Source: a virus
Lineage: Duplodnaviria; Caudoviricetes
Length of the DNA: 48,648 nucleotides
Virus record (IMG/VR): IMGVR_UViG_3300006188_000011
Span: 1 to 48,648 of that record
Direction: 5' to 3' (one strand)
Made by a program: the position numbers and the translations under genes. The notes under the pieces were generated by a model that saw only the letters and a list, made by a program, of their open reading frames with translations, was not told the origin of the DNA and did not search any database. Shown here piece by piece: positions 9,103 through 19,458 of this stretch (position 1 is the first letter of the stretch; every line of letters begins with the position of its first letter).

Positions 9103-10367
9103 CCAATCCTCTTACACGTACAGGCATGAGATCCGTTGCTGGCGTTCTTGATCCCCATCACCATCCAAGTGCCATAGCCAATAGCACCCACGGAGTTGTT
9201 AAGGTCTGTGCCGCTAAGATTAGCCCAGTTGATGCGACTTCCGTCCAATGTGCCCCAAAAAGCTACATTGTCTTGAGGAATGCCGAGAATAGTGCTGCCA
9301 ATCGGTGTATTTTCCCCGAGCAGATAGTCTTTGGTGCGGTTGTAGGACCGGGCCTCGATCCAGTCGTATAGCCAGCCGCCGCCCCATTTCGACCCGGTCA
9401 CATTACCGTCCGTCGCCATGTAGGCGGCACCTGCATAGACAGCAGTCGTACCTTTGATGAAGGTGCCCACGATAACGCTGCCACCGACTGTAAGCGAGCC
9501 TGCGATACCGCTTTCGCCCGCACCCTTGATGACCGTAGTGGTTCCATCGTTCCCACGGGCATACAGTTCTCCGCCGGTGGCCGAAACATACAATCCGCCT
9601 AGGTTGCTATTGGACGGGCTTCTTACGTGGAATGCGTATGTGAGGGCCGCTACACTCACTTCAACCGCACCGGTAAGGGTTCCGCCAGTAAGTGGAAGGA
9701 AAACGCTGCTCAAGGCGGCTTTGATGTTCGCCCATGTCGTTTTGAACATGGTCGAACCGCCGGCGAGAACCCCGGTGAAAAAATCACCATCGTCTGGCGT
9801 CTGCTTGCTGTTGGCACCGGCGACCGCCGCACCAACCGTAGCCGTTGTCGTCAGTGCCGGAAGCTGCGTAGACGGAACCTTTCCTGTGCTGTCGAGGCTG
9901 GCAACGCCATTGGTCTGTCCCTTGTCCACAGTGCCAAGCGCGTCAATGTTGGCGCGGGCTTGCGCCTTTTGTGCCAAGGTGAAGGATTGCGCCGCGTCGG
10001 CACGGACCCGATTGCCGAGAGCCGTTGACGTGGTGGTGGCAAAATTCGGATCGTTGCCGAGAGCGGCCGCCAGTTCTCTTAACGTGTCGAGCGCCGGACC
10101 CGCATCATCCACGAGACTTGCAATGGCGGCTTGAATGGCGGCGGATATCTCCGCCGCCGTCATGCCATCAGTGATCCCGAAGCCTTCCAGAGTGTCGGGC
10201 CGGTTCACCAAATCCGAAAATGCAGTTTCGTGGTTCTGGAAGGCGTCCGACAAGGCTTTAAGCGCAGCGTCAACGCCACCGAACGCGGCGGCGATCTTGG
10301 CGATTTCCGTGATCTGGATGCCGTAGGGCGACGGCAAATCCCACTGATAGTTCGTCGTCTTTGCCAT
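9099..10367 (-). CDS. Tail fibre protein
   Basis: P.TL.G.GITD, ALDTL.ELAAALGNDPNFATT, NGVASLD..GKVP..QLP and LPLTGGTLTG fibre motifs. Confidence 0.85.
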   Translation of the reverse strand: MAKTTNYQWDLPSPYGIQITEIAKIAAAFGGVDAALKALSDAFQNHETAFSDLVNRPDTLEGFGITDGMTAAEISAAIQAAIASLVDDAGPALDTLRELAAALGNDPNFATTTSTALGNRVRADAAQSFTLAQKAQARANIDALGTVDKGQTNGVASLDSTGKVPSTQLPALTTTATVGAAVAGANSKQTPDDGDFFTGVLAGGSTMFKTTWANIKAALSSVFLPLTGGTLTGAVEVSVAALTYAFHVRSPSNSNLGGLYVSATGGELYARGNDGTTTVIKGAGESGIAGSLTVGGSVIVGTFIKGTTAVYAGAAYMATDGNVTGSKWGGGWLYDWIEARSYNRTKDYLLGENTPIGSTILGIPQDNVAFWGTLDGSRINWANLSGTDLNNSVGAIGYGTWMVMGIKNASNGSHACTCKRIG

Positions 10368-10370
10368 AGA

Positions 10371-13300
10371 TTACACCTTGGACAGGATCATGCGGAGCGC
10401 GGATATCTCCGGACGCGCGGCGGGCGTGCCGGTGATCACAATTCGCGTTCGTGCATCGAGATTAGCCGCCGGGTAGGCGGATTGCATGAAGGTCTGTTCG
10501 ACCACACCATCACCAATTGGCGTTGCGGTGCTTACGGCCACGTCCAGATAATTGCCCGGAACGCCGATCTGCACCGAAGCCGTGGAGCCGGCGGGCAGGA
10601 GCGCGTCGAACGTGGTCAGGACGGTATTCACGTCCGTCGCATCGACAGCGCGGGTCACATAGTCGGCAGTCGTCTGCAATTCCCCTTCCACGATCTGGAT
10701 ATCGGGGAAAACGAAGGGCGTAACGTCCACCGTGCCCGACAAGATCGCTTCGACAAGCACGTCCTCATTCTGGATATACTCGGTGAAGCGGATCGTCTGC
10801 GAAGGCGCGGAAGTGATGACTTCGTTGGTCGCAAGCCGCGTCAAGCGAAGCGTCACGTCCGCTGAAGGATCGGGGATTTCCACGCCGGCGCTGACAATCA
10901 CGTCCGACATTTTCGTAGCCCGGAATGTGCCGATCTGGATCGTCTTTTGAACCGGATCGAACGCGCAGCCGATTAACTCGAACCAGAGGTCCGCGTCATT
11001 GTGGACCGTCCATGTCGAGGCGTTGGACGAAGACAGGAGCACGCCGACTGTGAACGGCTGCTCGGTGATAATCGCCCCGCTGTCCATGTCGATTTCGCCA
11101 ACCCGCGCGATGTAGAGCGCGTGAGCGGCATCGTCGGTCAGGGCCACGAAGGCATATTCCTGTCCCGCTTCGAGATAGACGGGATAGGTGAAGCGCGCCG
11201 TGAACGGCTGGCCTTCCTGAAGGTCCGTCCCCGGCACGAAGGCTTCCGCCAGCGTGATCGCGGTCGGCATACCGGTCTGCACCGTCCTGATCTGGACGAA
11301 GATCGAATTGGACTGTTCGCCCACGCCGGCGCACATCAGCCGAACGCCTGCAATGCAGCGCGGGCGATCCAGTGTGAACGTCTGCGCCAGCGGGTCGGCC
11401 CGCCCACCGTTGGAGCCGCCACCACGCGAAAGGTCCGAGTTCGCCTGATTGACGTTCGTGATGTTGTTGACGACCGTGGTGTTGTTGATGACGGTGTTTT
11501 GAACTACCGGCACTGGCAAGGTGGCCGTGCTCGTCTGAAGCGACGATGCGAGCCGATATTCCTCAACTGTGATTTCACCGCGCCCGACATAGGTGCATGA
11601 TGCCTTGGTGCCGGCGGACCCCTCGAAATAGACCGTCTTGGAGCCAGTCGTCACATTGGCCGGAACGGTGAAGGTGCCGGTGATGACGCCATCATCGTCG
11701 GCGGGACCGGAAATGACGCTCGGAACGACGGTGATGCCGTCGAACGTCATAGTTTTCAGGGTTTCCGTGCGGATGAACCCTTCCAGCCTAAAATTCACGT
11801 CCCGTTGCCGAATGTACTCGGCCGCCACGGTCGTTTCGCCGATCTTCTGGACCTGTTCAGATAGCGATATGCCGCTGATGTATTCCCCTTCCGCCGCCGT
11901 GAAGGTCTGTGTTTCAGGCGAGGTCCATGCGGTGGTCGTGTCGGTCCAGATATCGGTGGACGGCTCAAGGCTCGCCCGCCCCGGCATCGGCGTGTAGGTC
12001 GCGTAGGGATTGATCTTCATCGCGGCGCTACGCCGGTTCTGGACGATCACCGAGGTATCGGTGAAATCCAGAAACCGAATGCCGTTGAAAGTTGGAAACT
12101 CATGCACGGTCGCCCGGATCGGCAGCGTCAACTTGCCGCCGAAGACGGCCCCGGTCTGCGGAATACCCTGATCACGCATGTCGTCGTCATCAAAGTTGTC
12201 CACGAAAACACCGCGAGACGAACCCGGCGCGCGGGCCTTGGCGTCTGTTTTCAGCCTCTCCTGCGCCACAAGGTCATAGAGATCGAGGACCATGGACCGG
12301 AGGTCCAGCAATTCCGAATACGGCATGTTGCGCAGGCCGGACGCGGTGACGGTCGGCATCTGTCCCCAATCATTCGAGACGAGCGAAAGCTCGATCATGG
12401 TCGAGGGGATGACCGGCGCGCGCGGGCGGGAAACCGCCGACACGCCGGTCAGATAGACGAGCGATCCGGTCGCATCCATGCACACGGCATCGATACGGGG
12501 CAGCTTATAGGCGTAGTCGATCAGGACGTTCGTGCCATTGGCCGCGCCCGACACGGTGACGGTATCGCGCGTTACCGCGTCAGCCTGAATATTTTCGTTA
12601 TACCGATACTTGACCGTGTAGGACGATCCGGGGGCAGGCTCGTCGCCGGTCGGAGACCAGTCGATTTGCCCCTGCGAAAGCAGCCAGCCGGCCGCATATG
12701 TCGTCGCTCCCTGCGTGATTTCGAGGATCGCCGTCACGGAAGGATGCTGAAGCGGATCGACGGCCCCGCTATAGGGACCATGGATCACCGTTTCAGTGAC
12801 TTCTTTTTCCACCGTGATCCGGCTGATAGACGATATCGGGGACTTGGACACGGTAAAAGTCTGCGTGCCGCCGGTGGCCTCGGTGAAAGCGTGCGGTTCG
12901 GCGTCCACATTGCGGAGGTCGGGCTGTTCCTTCACGGTCAGGCGCATGGATTGCTGGCGCACGACGCGCGTGCCGTTCACATAGGCAACACCTTCCGATA
13001 CCGAAAAGACCTGATTGCCGGCACCATCGGGGCCGAGCGCCGTGGTGGCAAAGCCCGTATTGACGAAGCTGCCGTTGCTCTCCCTCGAATACTGGCCGAG
13101 GCTCTTGTAGATTTCCGACAGGTCCGTATTCGTGGAAGTGGTCAGAATGGTCCCGTTATGAACCTGAAAGACCGAATGCAGGGGCTGCGCATTGCCGTCC
13201 AGCGAATGGCCCCACGTCACCACGATTTCAATGCGGGACGCGCCTTCCTCCATGTAGGCTTCCGTGCCGGGCACATCGCCTTTCAGGTCGGCGAGCTCAA

Positions 13301-13679
13301 CGTCCGTCACAAGCGTCTGCGCGGTGCGCACGCCGATTGTGAGATCGCCAGTGGTCGGCAGGGTGAAGGTCGCCGCGTCCACGTCATGCACGAGGCCGCC
13401 AATATAGATCGCACAGGCCGGCAGGGTGACGCTGATATTGTCGTCGTCAACGACCTGCACAACGGGCGTTTGCCCGTCCGTGATACGGCCATCCTGAAGG
13501 ATATAGTCGCCGACGCGGCGCACCTGATCGGCGGCGCGCGACTGAATTTCATTCAGGTCATCGCTCTGGAGATAGATGCCCTGTCCGTCGCGGCCCAAAT
13601 CTTGAAAGGCGATGGCATGTTGCCGGCGCGCGCGGTCATAGCGGTCCCGGTAGCCGGGCCGCTGAATGATGCTGGTCAT
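10371..13679 (-). CDS. Large baseplate/tail structural protein (DUF4815-like)
   Basis: 1102 aa; LQS.DLNEIQ, GVFVDNF.DD.MRD.G, DPLAQTF and GVLLSSSNASTWT.H..DL.F motifs. Confidence 0.75.
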   Translation of the reverse strand: MTSIIQRPGYRDRYDRARRQHAIAFQDLGRDGQGIYLQSDDLNEIQSRAADQVRRVGDYILQDGRITDGQTPVVQVVDDDNISVTLPACAIYIGGLVHDVDAATFTLPTTGDLTIGVRTAQTLVTDVELADLKGDVPGTEAYMEEGASRIEIVVTWGHSLDGNAQPLHSVFQVHNGTILTTSTNTDLSEIYKSLGQYSRESNGSFVNTGFATTALGPDGAGNQVFSVSEGVAYVNGTRVVRQQSMRLTVKEQPDLRNVDAEPHAFTEATGGTQTFTVSKSPISSISRITVEKEVTETVIHGPYSGAVDPLQHPSVTAILEITQGATTYAAGWLLSQGQIDWSPTGDEPAPGSSYTVKYRYNENIQADAVTRDTVTVSGAANGTNVLIDYAYKLPRIDAVCMDATGSLVYLTGVSAVSRPRAPVIPSTMIELSLVSNDWGQMPTVTASGLRNMPYSELLDLRSMVLDLYDLVAQERLKTDAKARAPGSSRGVFVDNFDDDDMRDQGIPQTGAVFGGKLTLPIRATVHEFPTFNGIRFLDFTDTSVIVQNRRSAAMKINPYATYTPMPGRASLEPSTDIWTDTTTAWTSPETQTFTAAEGEYISGISLSEQVQKIGETTVAAEYIRQRDVNFRLEGFIRTETLKTMTFDGITVVPSVISGPADDDGVITGTFTVPANVTTGSKTVYFEGSAGTKASCTYVGRGEITVEEYRLASSLQTSTATLPVPVVQNTVINNTTVVNNITNVNQANSDLSRGGGSNGGRADPLAQTFTLDRPRCIAGVRLMCAGVGEQSNSIFVQIRTVQTGMPTAITLAEAFVPGTDLQEGQPFTARFTYPVYLEAGQEYAFVALTDDAAHALYIARVGEIDMDSGAIITEQPFTVGVLLSSSNASTWTVHNDADLWFELIGCAFDPVQKTIQIGTFRATKMSDVIVSAGVEIPDPSADVTLRLTRLATNEVITSAPSQTIRFTEYIQNEDVLVEAILSGTVDVTPFVFPDIQIVEGELQTTADYVTRAVDATDVNTVLTTFDALLPAGSTASVQIGVPGNYLDVAVSTATPIGDGVVEQTFMQSAYPAANLDARTRIVITGTPAARPEISALRMILSKV

Positions 13680-13690
13680 GTCGCCTCACA

Positions 13691-14212
13691 TCACATTGTC
13701 AGGATGAAGCTGAAGGATTGGCTCAAGGAGCCGTCGCGGACGATGGGGGAAAAACGATCGATCTCGATCAGCCGTCCGAAGTCGGCCACATCAGCGTCGG
13801 CGATGTACATCTGTCCTTCCGGCACAGACGCGGCCAATTGCGTGCCGACGAATATGCCGGCCTCTCGAAGTGTCGTGTCGCTCGCGTCGGATAGGTCCAA
13901 CTGAAAGCAGAGATACACGTAGCCGGTCGGATCGGTGCTCAAGGAATAGCGAGAGCCATCGCCCACCAAGATCGTGCCGGCATCGTCCGGGGTCACATAG
14001 GACTTGTCCCGAACCCGCGTCACACCAATCTTTGCCGTAAGGTCGGTCAACTGGCTCCATGCCGCATCCTGTGCAGTCTGATCCTCTGGCGTTGACGGTG
14101 CCGGCTGGCTATCCCACGCCGGGTCGCCGGTGCCGACCGCGAGGAACAGCGTCAAATTCATGAGCGCTATAGCCTGCTGAATGCGCGCGCCTTGTGTTGC
14201 TACGGCCATCAT
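13691..14212 (-). CDS. Baseplate/tail-fibre attachment protein
   Basis: LA.GTGDPAWD and TLREAGIFVGT motifs; position after the gpI-like gene. Confidence 0.6.
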   Translation of the reverse strand: MMAVATQGARIQQAIALMNLTLFLAVGTGDPAWDSQPAPSTPEDQTAQDAAWSQLTDLTAKIGVTRVRDKSYVTPDDAGTILVGDGSRYSLSTDPTGYVYLCFQLDLSDASDTTLREAGIFVGTQLAASVPEGQMYIADADVADFGRLIEIDRFSPIVRDGSLSQSFSFILTM

Positions 14213-15021
14213 TCAAATCCTGTCTGTACGCGCGTCGAGGGGACGCCAAAGGGTTGAGCGACGAATGGCGCGTTCTGGAAGGGCACGGTGTTGCGATTGC
14301 GGAAATCGACGCGCACCGCCGCCGATGCGGCCAATCGGAATGAGATTTGTTCGAGGGGGCGCCGGCAATCGACGGCGCACACCATGTCGATGAATTGGGT
14401 ATCGGCCACCGAAATGCCGTCGCCAGTCGGCATGACGACGCCGCGCCGGATATTGACGCGGAGCGACAGGACCGGCTCATCCGGTGAGCGCTTGCGGCCC
14501 GACCAGTTATTCAGGCCCGCGCCGCCATTGAGGCGGTGCTCGTTCAACCTGAAGGCACGCACATCCCATCCCGCCGTAAGGCGAGCGAATTCGGAGCGCA
14601 GGGGCTTCGACGCCTGCACCAGCTTTGTCATCGGCTGCACGAAGGTCGTGTTGCGCGGCTCGAATGGCAAATGAATCTGGAACCACCACCATTTCGTGGC
14701 CTTCACCGGGAATTCTTCGATGTCACCATCGAAGTTGATCCAGCCGAGAGCCTTGTGGATCGCCGCCGGCGTGCCGATGATGCGCTGCCACTGGATACCC
14801 TCGCGCAGCACCGCGCGCAGGTCGGGCAGGTAATCCGCGATCTCGTTGAGGCCGTATTCCGCAACGAGGTAAGGCACCACCGAATCCGGCGGATTGAACT
14901 TGAAGCCGCGAAGGGCCTCGACGCCCGGCATCAGCGCGGGCAGCTTGTCGAGCGATTCCGACAGCGCCCGCTCAAGCGGGGTCGGCGCCGCATCGTCATC
15001 GAGAAGATGCTGGCGCTCCAT
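14209..15021 (-). CDS. Baseplate wedge/tail protein I (P2 gpI-like)
   Basis: TPLERALS, P.L..EYGL and WQR..GTPAAI..AL motifs; ATG at 15021 overlaps the gpJ stop. Confidence 0.75.
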   Translation of the reverse strand: MERQHLLDDDAAPTPLERALSESLDKLPALMPGVEALRGFKFNPPDSVVPYLVAEYGLNEIADYLPDLRAVLREGIQWQRIIGTPAAIHKALGWINFDGDIEEFPVKATKWWWFQIHLPFEPRNTTFVQPMTKLVQASKPLRSEFARLTAGWDVRAFRLNEHRLNGGAGLNNWSGRKRSPDEPVLSLRVNIRRGVVMPTGDGISVADTQFIDMVCAVDCRRPLEQISFRLAASAAVRVDFRNRNTVPFQNAPFVAQPFGVPSTRVQTGFE

Positions 15022-15884
15022 CAAAAATCCCGCCCCTTGAAGTTCAGCTTTACGTTGCCGAGGGAAATCGCCGCGCCCGGTACCGCGATCAGCGACGCGG
15101 AAGGCGACAGGACATTGACCCGCTTGACGCCGGGGACATGCAGCCGGGCGTCGATCCACGACGGCTCAAGATCGAACCCGATGCTGGATTCAGCGAGCCA
15201 CGCCTGCTGCAAAATGATCGGCAGGGCGTCGAGCAAGCCATAGGGCGCGTCGGGCAGGAGCCAGATATCCGCCTCGATATCAGTTCCCGTCGCTACCGCA
15301 GGTTCGACGATCACGGTGTCGTTCATCAGCCGCACCTTCTCGCCCATCACTTCCGCCGTCACGGCGTCGAGCATGGCTTGATCCGGGATACCGCCGTTTT
15401 CGCTGGACAGAACCACGATATGAATGATCGGCCAGAATTCCTCGCGGAACGCCTTTGCGCTGCGGATGCGAACATCCGCCCGACGCGCCGCGGCCTCGTA
15501 CCACCACGAGGAACCGCCCGGCGAACGACCCTTGATCTCGACGGCGAGGCGGGCGCGAAACGGTTCGTCCTTCTCGCCGACCAGCCGATAGACGTCGTAG
15601 AAAGCCGCAAGGTGATCGAGATCGGAGCCAAGCGCGAAGGCGAGAAGATTGGCAAGCGCCGCGTCGTTGATCGCCGCGCGCAGGTCGATCTCGCGGTAAG
15701 AATCATTTTCCTCGACGATCTTGAGAATGTCGGTTTCCAGATGGCCGACATCATAGTCAATACCCGCTGAGGCGAGCCGGGCGGCGAGATCGTCCATGCG
15801 CCCGGCGAGGATGGTCTCGAAATAAAAGGTCTTGATGACCTCCGGCGGCGGCAGGCTGGAGAAGTCGAAAGCGGTCGCGCTCAT
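15021..15884 (-). CDS. Baseplate J/gp47 protein
   Basis: LP.P.VI, IN.AA.A.LLAFA.G.DLDHLAA...V.RL.GE.D..FR.R motifs. Confidence 0.9.
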   Translation of the reverse strand: MSATAFDFSSLPPPEVIKTFYFETILAGRMDDLAARLASAGIDYDVGHLETDILKIVEENDSYREIDLRAAINDAALANLLAFALGSDLDHLAAFYDVYRLVGEKDEPFRARLAVEIKGRSPGGSSWWYEAAARRADVRIRSAKAFREEFWPIIHIVVLSSENGGIPDQAMLDAVTAEVMGEKVRLMNDTVIVEPAVATGTDIEADIWLLPDAPYGLLDALPIILQQAWLAESSIGFDLEPSWIDARLHVPGVKRVNVLSPSASLIAVPGAAISLGNVKLNFKGRDF

Positions 15885-16279
15885 ATCGGTTTCACCACCA
15901 CATTGCCGGAAGAAATGCCAAGCCCGAATGAAACCACGCGCTCAACCGTCGTGTCGCCGAGATGCCCGCGCGGGCGATAGTCCGCGAGGATCTGGAAACC
16001 GGCGCGGCCAAGACGGATATCGTCCGCCGTGCCGGTGACGATCACCTGCCGCACGGAAAACCGCGGCTCCCAAAGATCGATGGCCGTCGCGATCAGCGAC
16101 TGGAACGCCGCGAAAAGGGAAGGGGTCATCTTCCGGCCCAGCAATTCCACGATGCCGGCGCCGAATTCGCGGCGCATGACACGGGAGCCGATGCGGGTCA
16201 TGAGGATCACCTCGACGCCCTGATAGGCCGACGCCAGATTGTCGATCACGCGGCCGGTGCGGCGGTCAATTCCCGCCAT
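15881..16279 (-). CDS. Baseplate wedge GpW/gp25 protein
   Basis: MAGIDR.TG...IL.TRIGSRVMRREFG...AI..WEPR. Confidence 0.9.
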   Translation of the reverse strand: MAGIDRRTGRVIDNLASAYQGVEVILMTRIGSRVMRREFGAGIVELLGRKMTPSLFAAFQSLIATAIDLWEPRFSVRQVIVTGTADDIRLGRAGFQILADYRPRGHLGDTTVERVVSFGLGISSGNVVVKPI

Positions 16280-16499
16280 CGCCGTCAGCCCCGCCATCGG
16301 TGGCCGCTTCGCCCGATCTGTTCTTGCGGGCGGCTGGTTCCTGTTTCGACGCGACCGGCTCGACGCGGCCATGATCGGAATCAAAGCGGGCTTCCGTGTC
16401 GGTCAGATCGACAGTGCCGCTCGCGGGCACAGGCGCGCCGTTCACCCATGCCACACCGGGCAGGGCGCGATAGGTTTTCCGGTCCATGATGCTCTCCAT
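16266..16499 (-). CDS. Small hypothetical tail-module protein
   Basis: ORF between gpV and gpW, translationally coupled. Confidence 0.5.
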   Translation of the reverse strand: MESIMDRKTYRALPGVAWVNGAPVPASGTVDLTDTEARFDSDHGRVEPVASKQEPAARKNRSGEAATDGGADGDGGN

Positions 16500-17018
16500 T
16501 CAGTTCGACGGCGGGTCTGTTTCTTCGCCACCGCGCCTGATGCCGCTGTGAACGTGGGTATCGCCGATATCGGCGGTGTTGTGCTTTACGTGACCGTCCT
16601 TGAAATCGACGTTTCCCTTGACGACAAGGTTTCCCTCGATGGTCACGGTGCCATCCTTGACCGTGGCCGTAACACCGAAGGCGCGCAGCACATTGGCGAG
16701 CAGGTCCGACGATGGCGGCGCGTTTTCATCGGAAAACCCGCCGCGCACGAGCAGCCCCTGCCGCGGATCGCCGGTCGGATTGATCACGCCGACGATCTGG
16801 CCTTCGGAAAGCGGCATCCATGTGCTGCTGTTGCCGCCGGATTCGGGATGCGGATACCATGGCGACAGGTAGGGTTGCCCGTTCTCGTCCTCGCCAAGCT
16901 TGATCCGATAGCCTTTGGCGGCGTCGACAGCGGCAACGCGCCCGACCTTGATGGAATTGCCGAAGGCCGTCTTCAGCATCTCCATGTCTATTTTCATGCC
17001 GATCAGGCTCTGGATCAT
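16500..17018 (-). CDS. Baseplate assembly protein V (spike)
   Basis: G.V..VD...G.R, SPW, P.GD..QG motifs; C-terminal IG.THVHSG iron-binding HxH tip. Confidence 0.85.
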   Translation of the reverse strand: MIQSLIGMKIDMEMLKTAFGNSIKVGRVAAVDAAKGYRIKLGEDENGQPYLSPWYPHPESGGNSSTWMPLSEGQIVGVINPTGDPRQGLLVRGGFSDENAPPSSDLLANVLRAFGVTATVKDGTVTIEGNLVVKGNVDFKDGHVKHNTADIGDTHVHSGIRRGGEETDPPSN

Positions 17019-17836
17019 GGCGATACCTCTACCGCCGGCGAAAGCCCGGCGCGTTCCAGCGTGGCGCTGTCCCACGCGGGCGTCGAGCGGTCGGCATCGG
17101 CGGGAAGCGGGCCGAGGCCGAGCGCCCGAAGTTCGGCAGCGGTCATGCCATGCGCCTGCTGGAGGTTTTCCCACGCCTCCCGCGTGCCAGCGATCGCGGC
17201 GGCCATGAAGGCGCCTTTCTTGCGCAGGCTTTCGTCCTCGCTTGCCTGCGCGAGCGTGATGAAGCGGCCGAAGGCGGAATCGGGGTCCAGCGCGGTTGCC
17301 GGCTCCGGATCATCGACCAGATCGGCCGATACCTTAAGTTGCTGCGCGGCAAGGCGCGTGCCATCGGTGATGTTGCCGACCCGCATGCGCTCGACCGAGC
17401 GGAGGCGATAGGCGAGGCCGAGAAATACCTGACCCCAGACATTGCCGGGGTCGGTCAACGCCTCGATGAGCTGGCGCACGAGCAGGTCAAGCTGAAACTC
17501 GAAATTCGCGTCCGTGTCCGGAACGCCGATCGCCATGACGGTTTCACCCGTATCGGGATCGGTGTTCTGGAGCATGGCCGCCGACATGCCGCATTCGAAC
17601 AGCAGGTCCGTGGTGCCGTTCAGAAGCATCGAGCGCAGGTCGTTGTCGCCGACAGCGGCTTTTGCCGCATCGGTATAGACCGCGACGAAGGCTTCCTTTT
17701 CCGGCGAGGTGACCCTGCCGGAGGAATCGAGGTCGAGAACGCCGATTTCGCTGTCCAGCACGTTCGCGCCGACGAGCGTGCGCCCCTTGATCGCCTCGAC
17801 GGCGGCGGCGCGGATGGCGATGCGGGCAAGGCTCAC
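17015..17836 (-). CDS. Putative tail completion/neck protein
   Basis: 273 aa, coupled ORF between the head-tail gene and gpV; function from position only. Confidence 0.55.
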   Translation of the reverse strand: MSLARIAIRAAAVEAIKGRTLVGANVLDSEIGVLDLDSSGRVTSPEKEAFVAVYTDAAKAAVGDNDLRSMLLNGTTDLLFECGMSAAMLQNTDPDTGETVMAIGVPDTDANFEFQLDLLVRQLIEALTDPGNVWGQVFLGLAYRLRSVERMRVGNITDGTRLAAQQLKVSADLVDDPEPATALDPDSAFGRFITLAQASEDESLRKKGAFMAAAIAGTREAWENLQQAHGMTAAELRALGLGPLPADADRSTPAWDSATLERAGLSPAVEVSP

Positions 17837-18246
17837 GGGGCGTTTCCAGTTCTGGCGGAGCCTTTTTCGCCGAGAATGGCGTAAAGGCGGCGATGGGAAC
17901 GGCTATCGACGTACAGGACCTCGAAAGCGGGTTCGCCGGGCCGGTCGCGGGCGACGATGCGGAATCCCTTCTCAAGAATGAGATCGGGATAAGCCGAGCG
18001 ATCGATCGCCAGCGTCGCCTTTCCCGCCGCGAGGTGCGTTTTCCAGTCGTTGTTGCTGCCGCCGTCCGGCTGCAAGGCGTCACGGCCATCGGTGCGCAGG
18101 GGCGCCTCTATATCGCGGGGAGGGCGATCGGGGCTGGCCTTGCCGCCGACGAGGAAGAAGATGCGGAGCGATTCCGCAAATTCGTCATCGACCGCAGCGA
18201 ACAGTTCGTCGCGGTGTTCCTGATAACGAGCGGTCATGCGGATCAC
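17833..18246 (-). CDS. Putative head-tail joining protein
   Basis: Position after the capsid gene; beta-rich C-terminus. Confidence 0.5.
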   Translation of the reverse strand: MIRMTARYQEHRDELFAAVDDEFAESLRIFFLVGGKASPDRPPRDIEAPLRTDGRDALQPDGGSNNDWKTHLAAGKATLAIDRSAYPDLILEKGFRIVARDRPGEPAFEVLYVDSRSHRRLYAILGEKGSARTGNAP

Positions 18247-18248
18247 CG

Positions 18249-18422
18249 TCAGGACTGATCATCATCAGGAGCCGGTGTTTCCGCCTGCTGGCCGCCCGAC
18301 TTTTTCGGGGGTGAAGCGGGTTTGACCTCGTCGCCCCCGATTTCTCCAGCCTCATAAGAGGCGCCGGATTTCAGGAACTTGCCTCCATAAAACCCGGCTT
18401 CGGTCACGATGTGCGTCGACAT
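18249..18422 (-). CDS. Small hypothetical protein
   Basis: MSTHIVTEAGFYGG...; ATG overlaps the capsid stop. Confidence 0.5.
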   Translation of the reverse strand: MSTHIVTEAGFYGGKFLKSGASYEAGEIGGDEVKPASPPKKSGGQQAETPAPDDDQS

Positions 18423-19447
18423 CACTTCGCCTTTCCGCGCAGCAGCATTTCCGGTCGCGTGCAGACGAAAAGGGGATAGGAATAGATTTCCACCCGATCC
18501 CATTCGTCGCGCCCGCTCTTGTCCTCCAGCACGAGGCCGTAAAATTCGCGGCCCTTCTGGTTGAGATAGGGCTTGAATTCGCTGGCCGGGCCGTAACCCA
18601 CGCTGAAAGCGCCGCGGGCGTTGATCGGGAAGAAGCGGGCCTTCTCCGATCCGATGGCGATAGTCGTGCCATCGTCCGTGCCCTGATAGTTGATAAAGGT
18701 GACGCCCTCGATCTCGATCGCCGAATAGGCTTCGATGTTTTCGAGAGTCGCGGCCTTTTCCGTGTTGAGCTTCGTCTCCTTGACGCTGGGGTGATTGACC
18801 AGCATGTCGAAGAAAGTATCGCCGACGAGTGCGCCCACCTTGGTGGCTGGGGTCCAGATGCCCTTGGCGGCCTTCTGCATGGCGCGTTTCAACTGCCGGA
18901 TCTTGGCGCGCACATCGGTGCCGGGCTTGTCGAGTTCGAAATTGATCTCGTCCGGCTCGGCGATGCCCCAGAAATCGTACCAGTCGACGATGACGCTACC
19001 GTCCGCGTCGAGGACCTTGCCCTGCACGGCACCGAAACGCATGTACTCCCACGTCAGTTCGAGATCGTCCATGATCTGGGCGGTGCGGTCGGTGACTTCC
19101 TCGGTGATCTCCTTGGTCTGGAGTTCGAAGGGGAGCGCCGCCACGCCGGCGAGTTCGATCGCATAGATTGTGGACCCCTTGGCGAGGCGTACGGTTTCGT
19201 ACGTGCGGACCCTCGATCCCTTCGGAATCAGTTCTTCGGGCGGCGATCCGTTGGGCGAGGTCGGAATCAGGGTCAGCGACCGGTTCCGGTCTGCGATTGC
19301 GATGGTGCGCGAGCGCGAATAGACCGGGGTGAAGAGATTGAGCGAACCCAGAAGCTGCGGCTTATAGTCGATACGCTCGACAACATCTTCCTGAAATTCG
19401 ATGACGCCGAGGGCGTTCTGGTTGAAAACATCGGTAACGATGGCCAT
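18422..19447 (-). CDS. Major capsid protein (lambda gpE family)
   Basis: 341 aa; LELTWEYMR.GA.QG.VLDADG and C-terminal S.PL..CTRP..L motifs. Confidence 0.9.
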   Translation of the reverse strand: MAIVTDVFNQNALGVIEFQEDVVERIDYKPQLLGSLNLFTPVYSRSRTIAIADRNRSLTLIPTSPNGSPPEELIPKGSRVRTYETVRLAKGSTIYAIELAGVAALPFELQTKEITEEVTDRTAQIMDDLELTWEYMRFGAVQGKVLDADGSVIVDWYDFWGIAEPDEINFELDKPGTDVRAKIRQLKRAMQKAAKGIWTPATKVGALVGDTFFDMLVNHPSVKETKLNTEKAATLENIEAYSAIEIEGVTFINYQGTDDGTTIAIGSEKARFFPINARGAFSVGYGPASEFKPYLNQKGREFYGLVLEDKSGRDEWDRVEIYSYPLFVCTRPEMLLRGKAK

Positions 19448-19458
19448 GGGTAAGACTC

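Noticed and set aside
9099-13679. Second VR in the tail fibre or large baseplate protein
   Set aside because: By eye, neither C-terminus resembles TR (no GGSW...GSR...GARG, no GC tract plus hairpin). A short-word BLASTN of TR against the full prophage would settle it.
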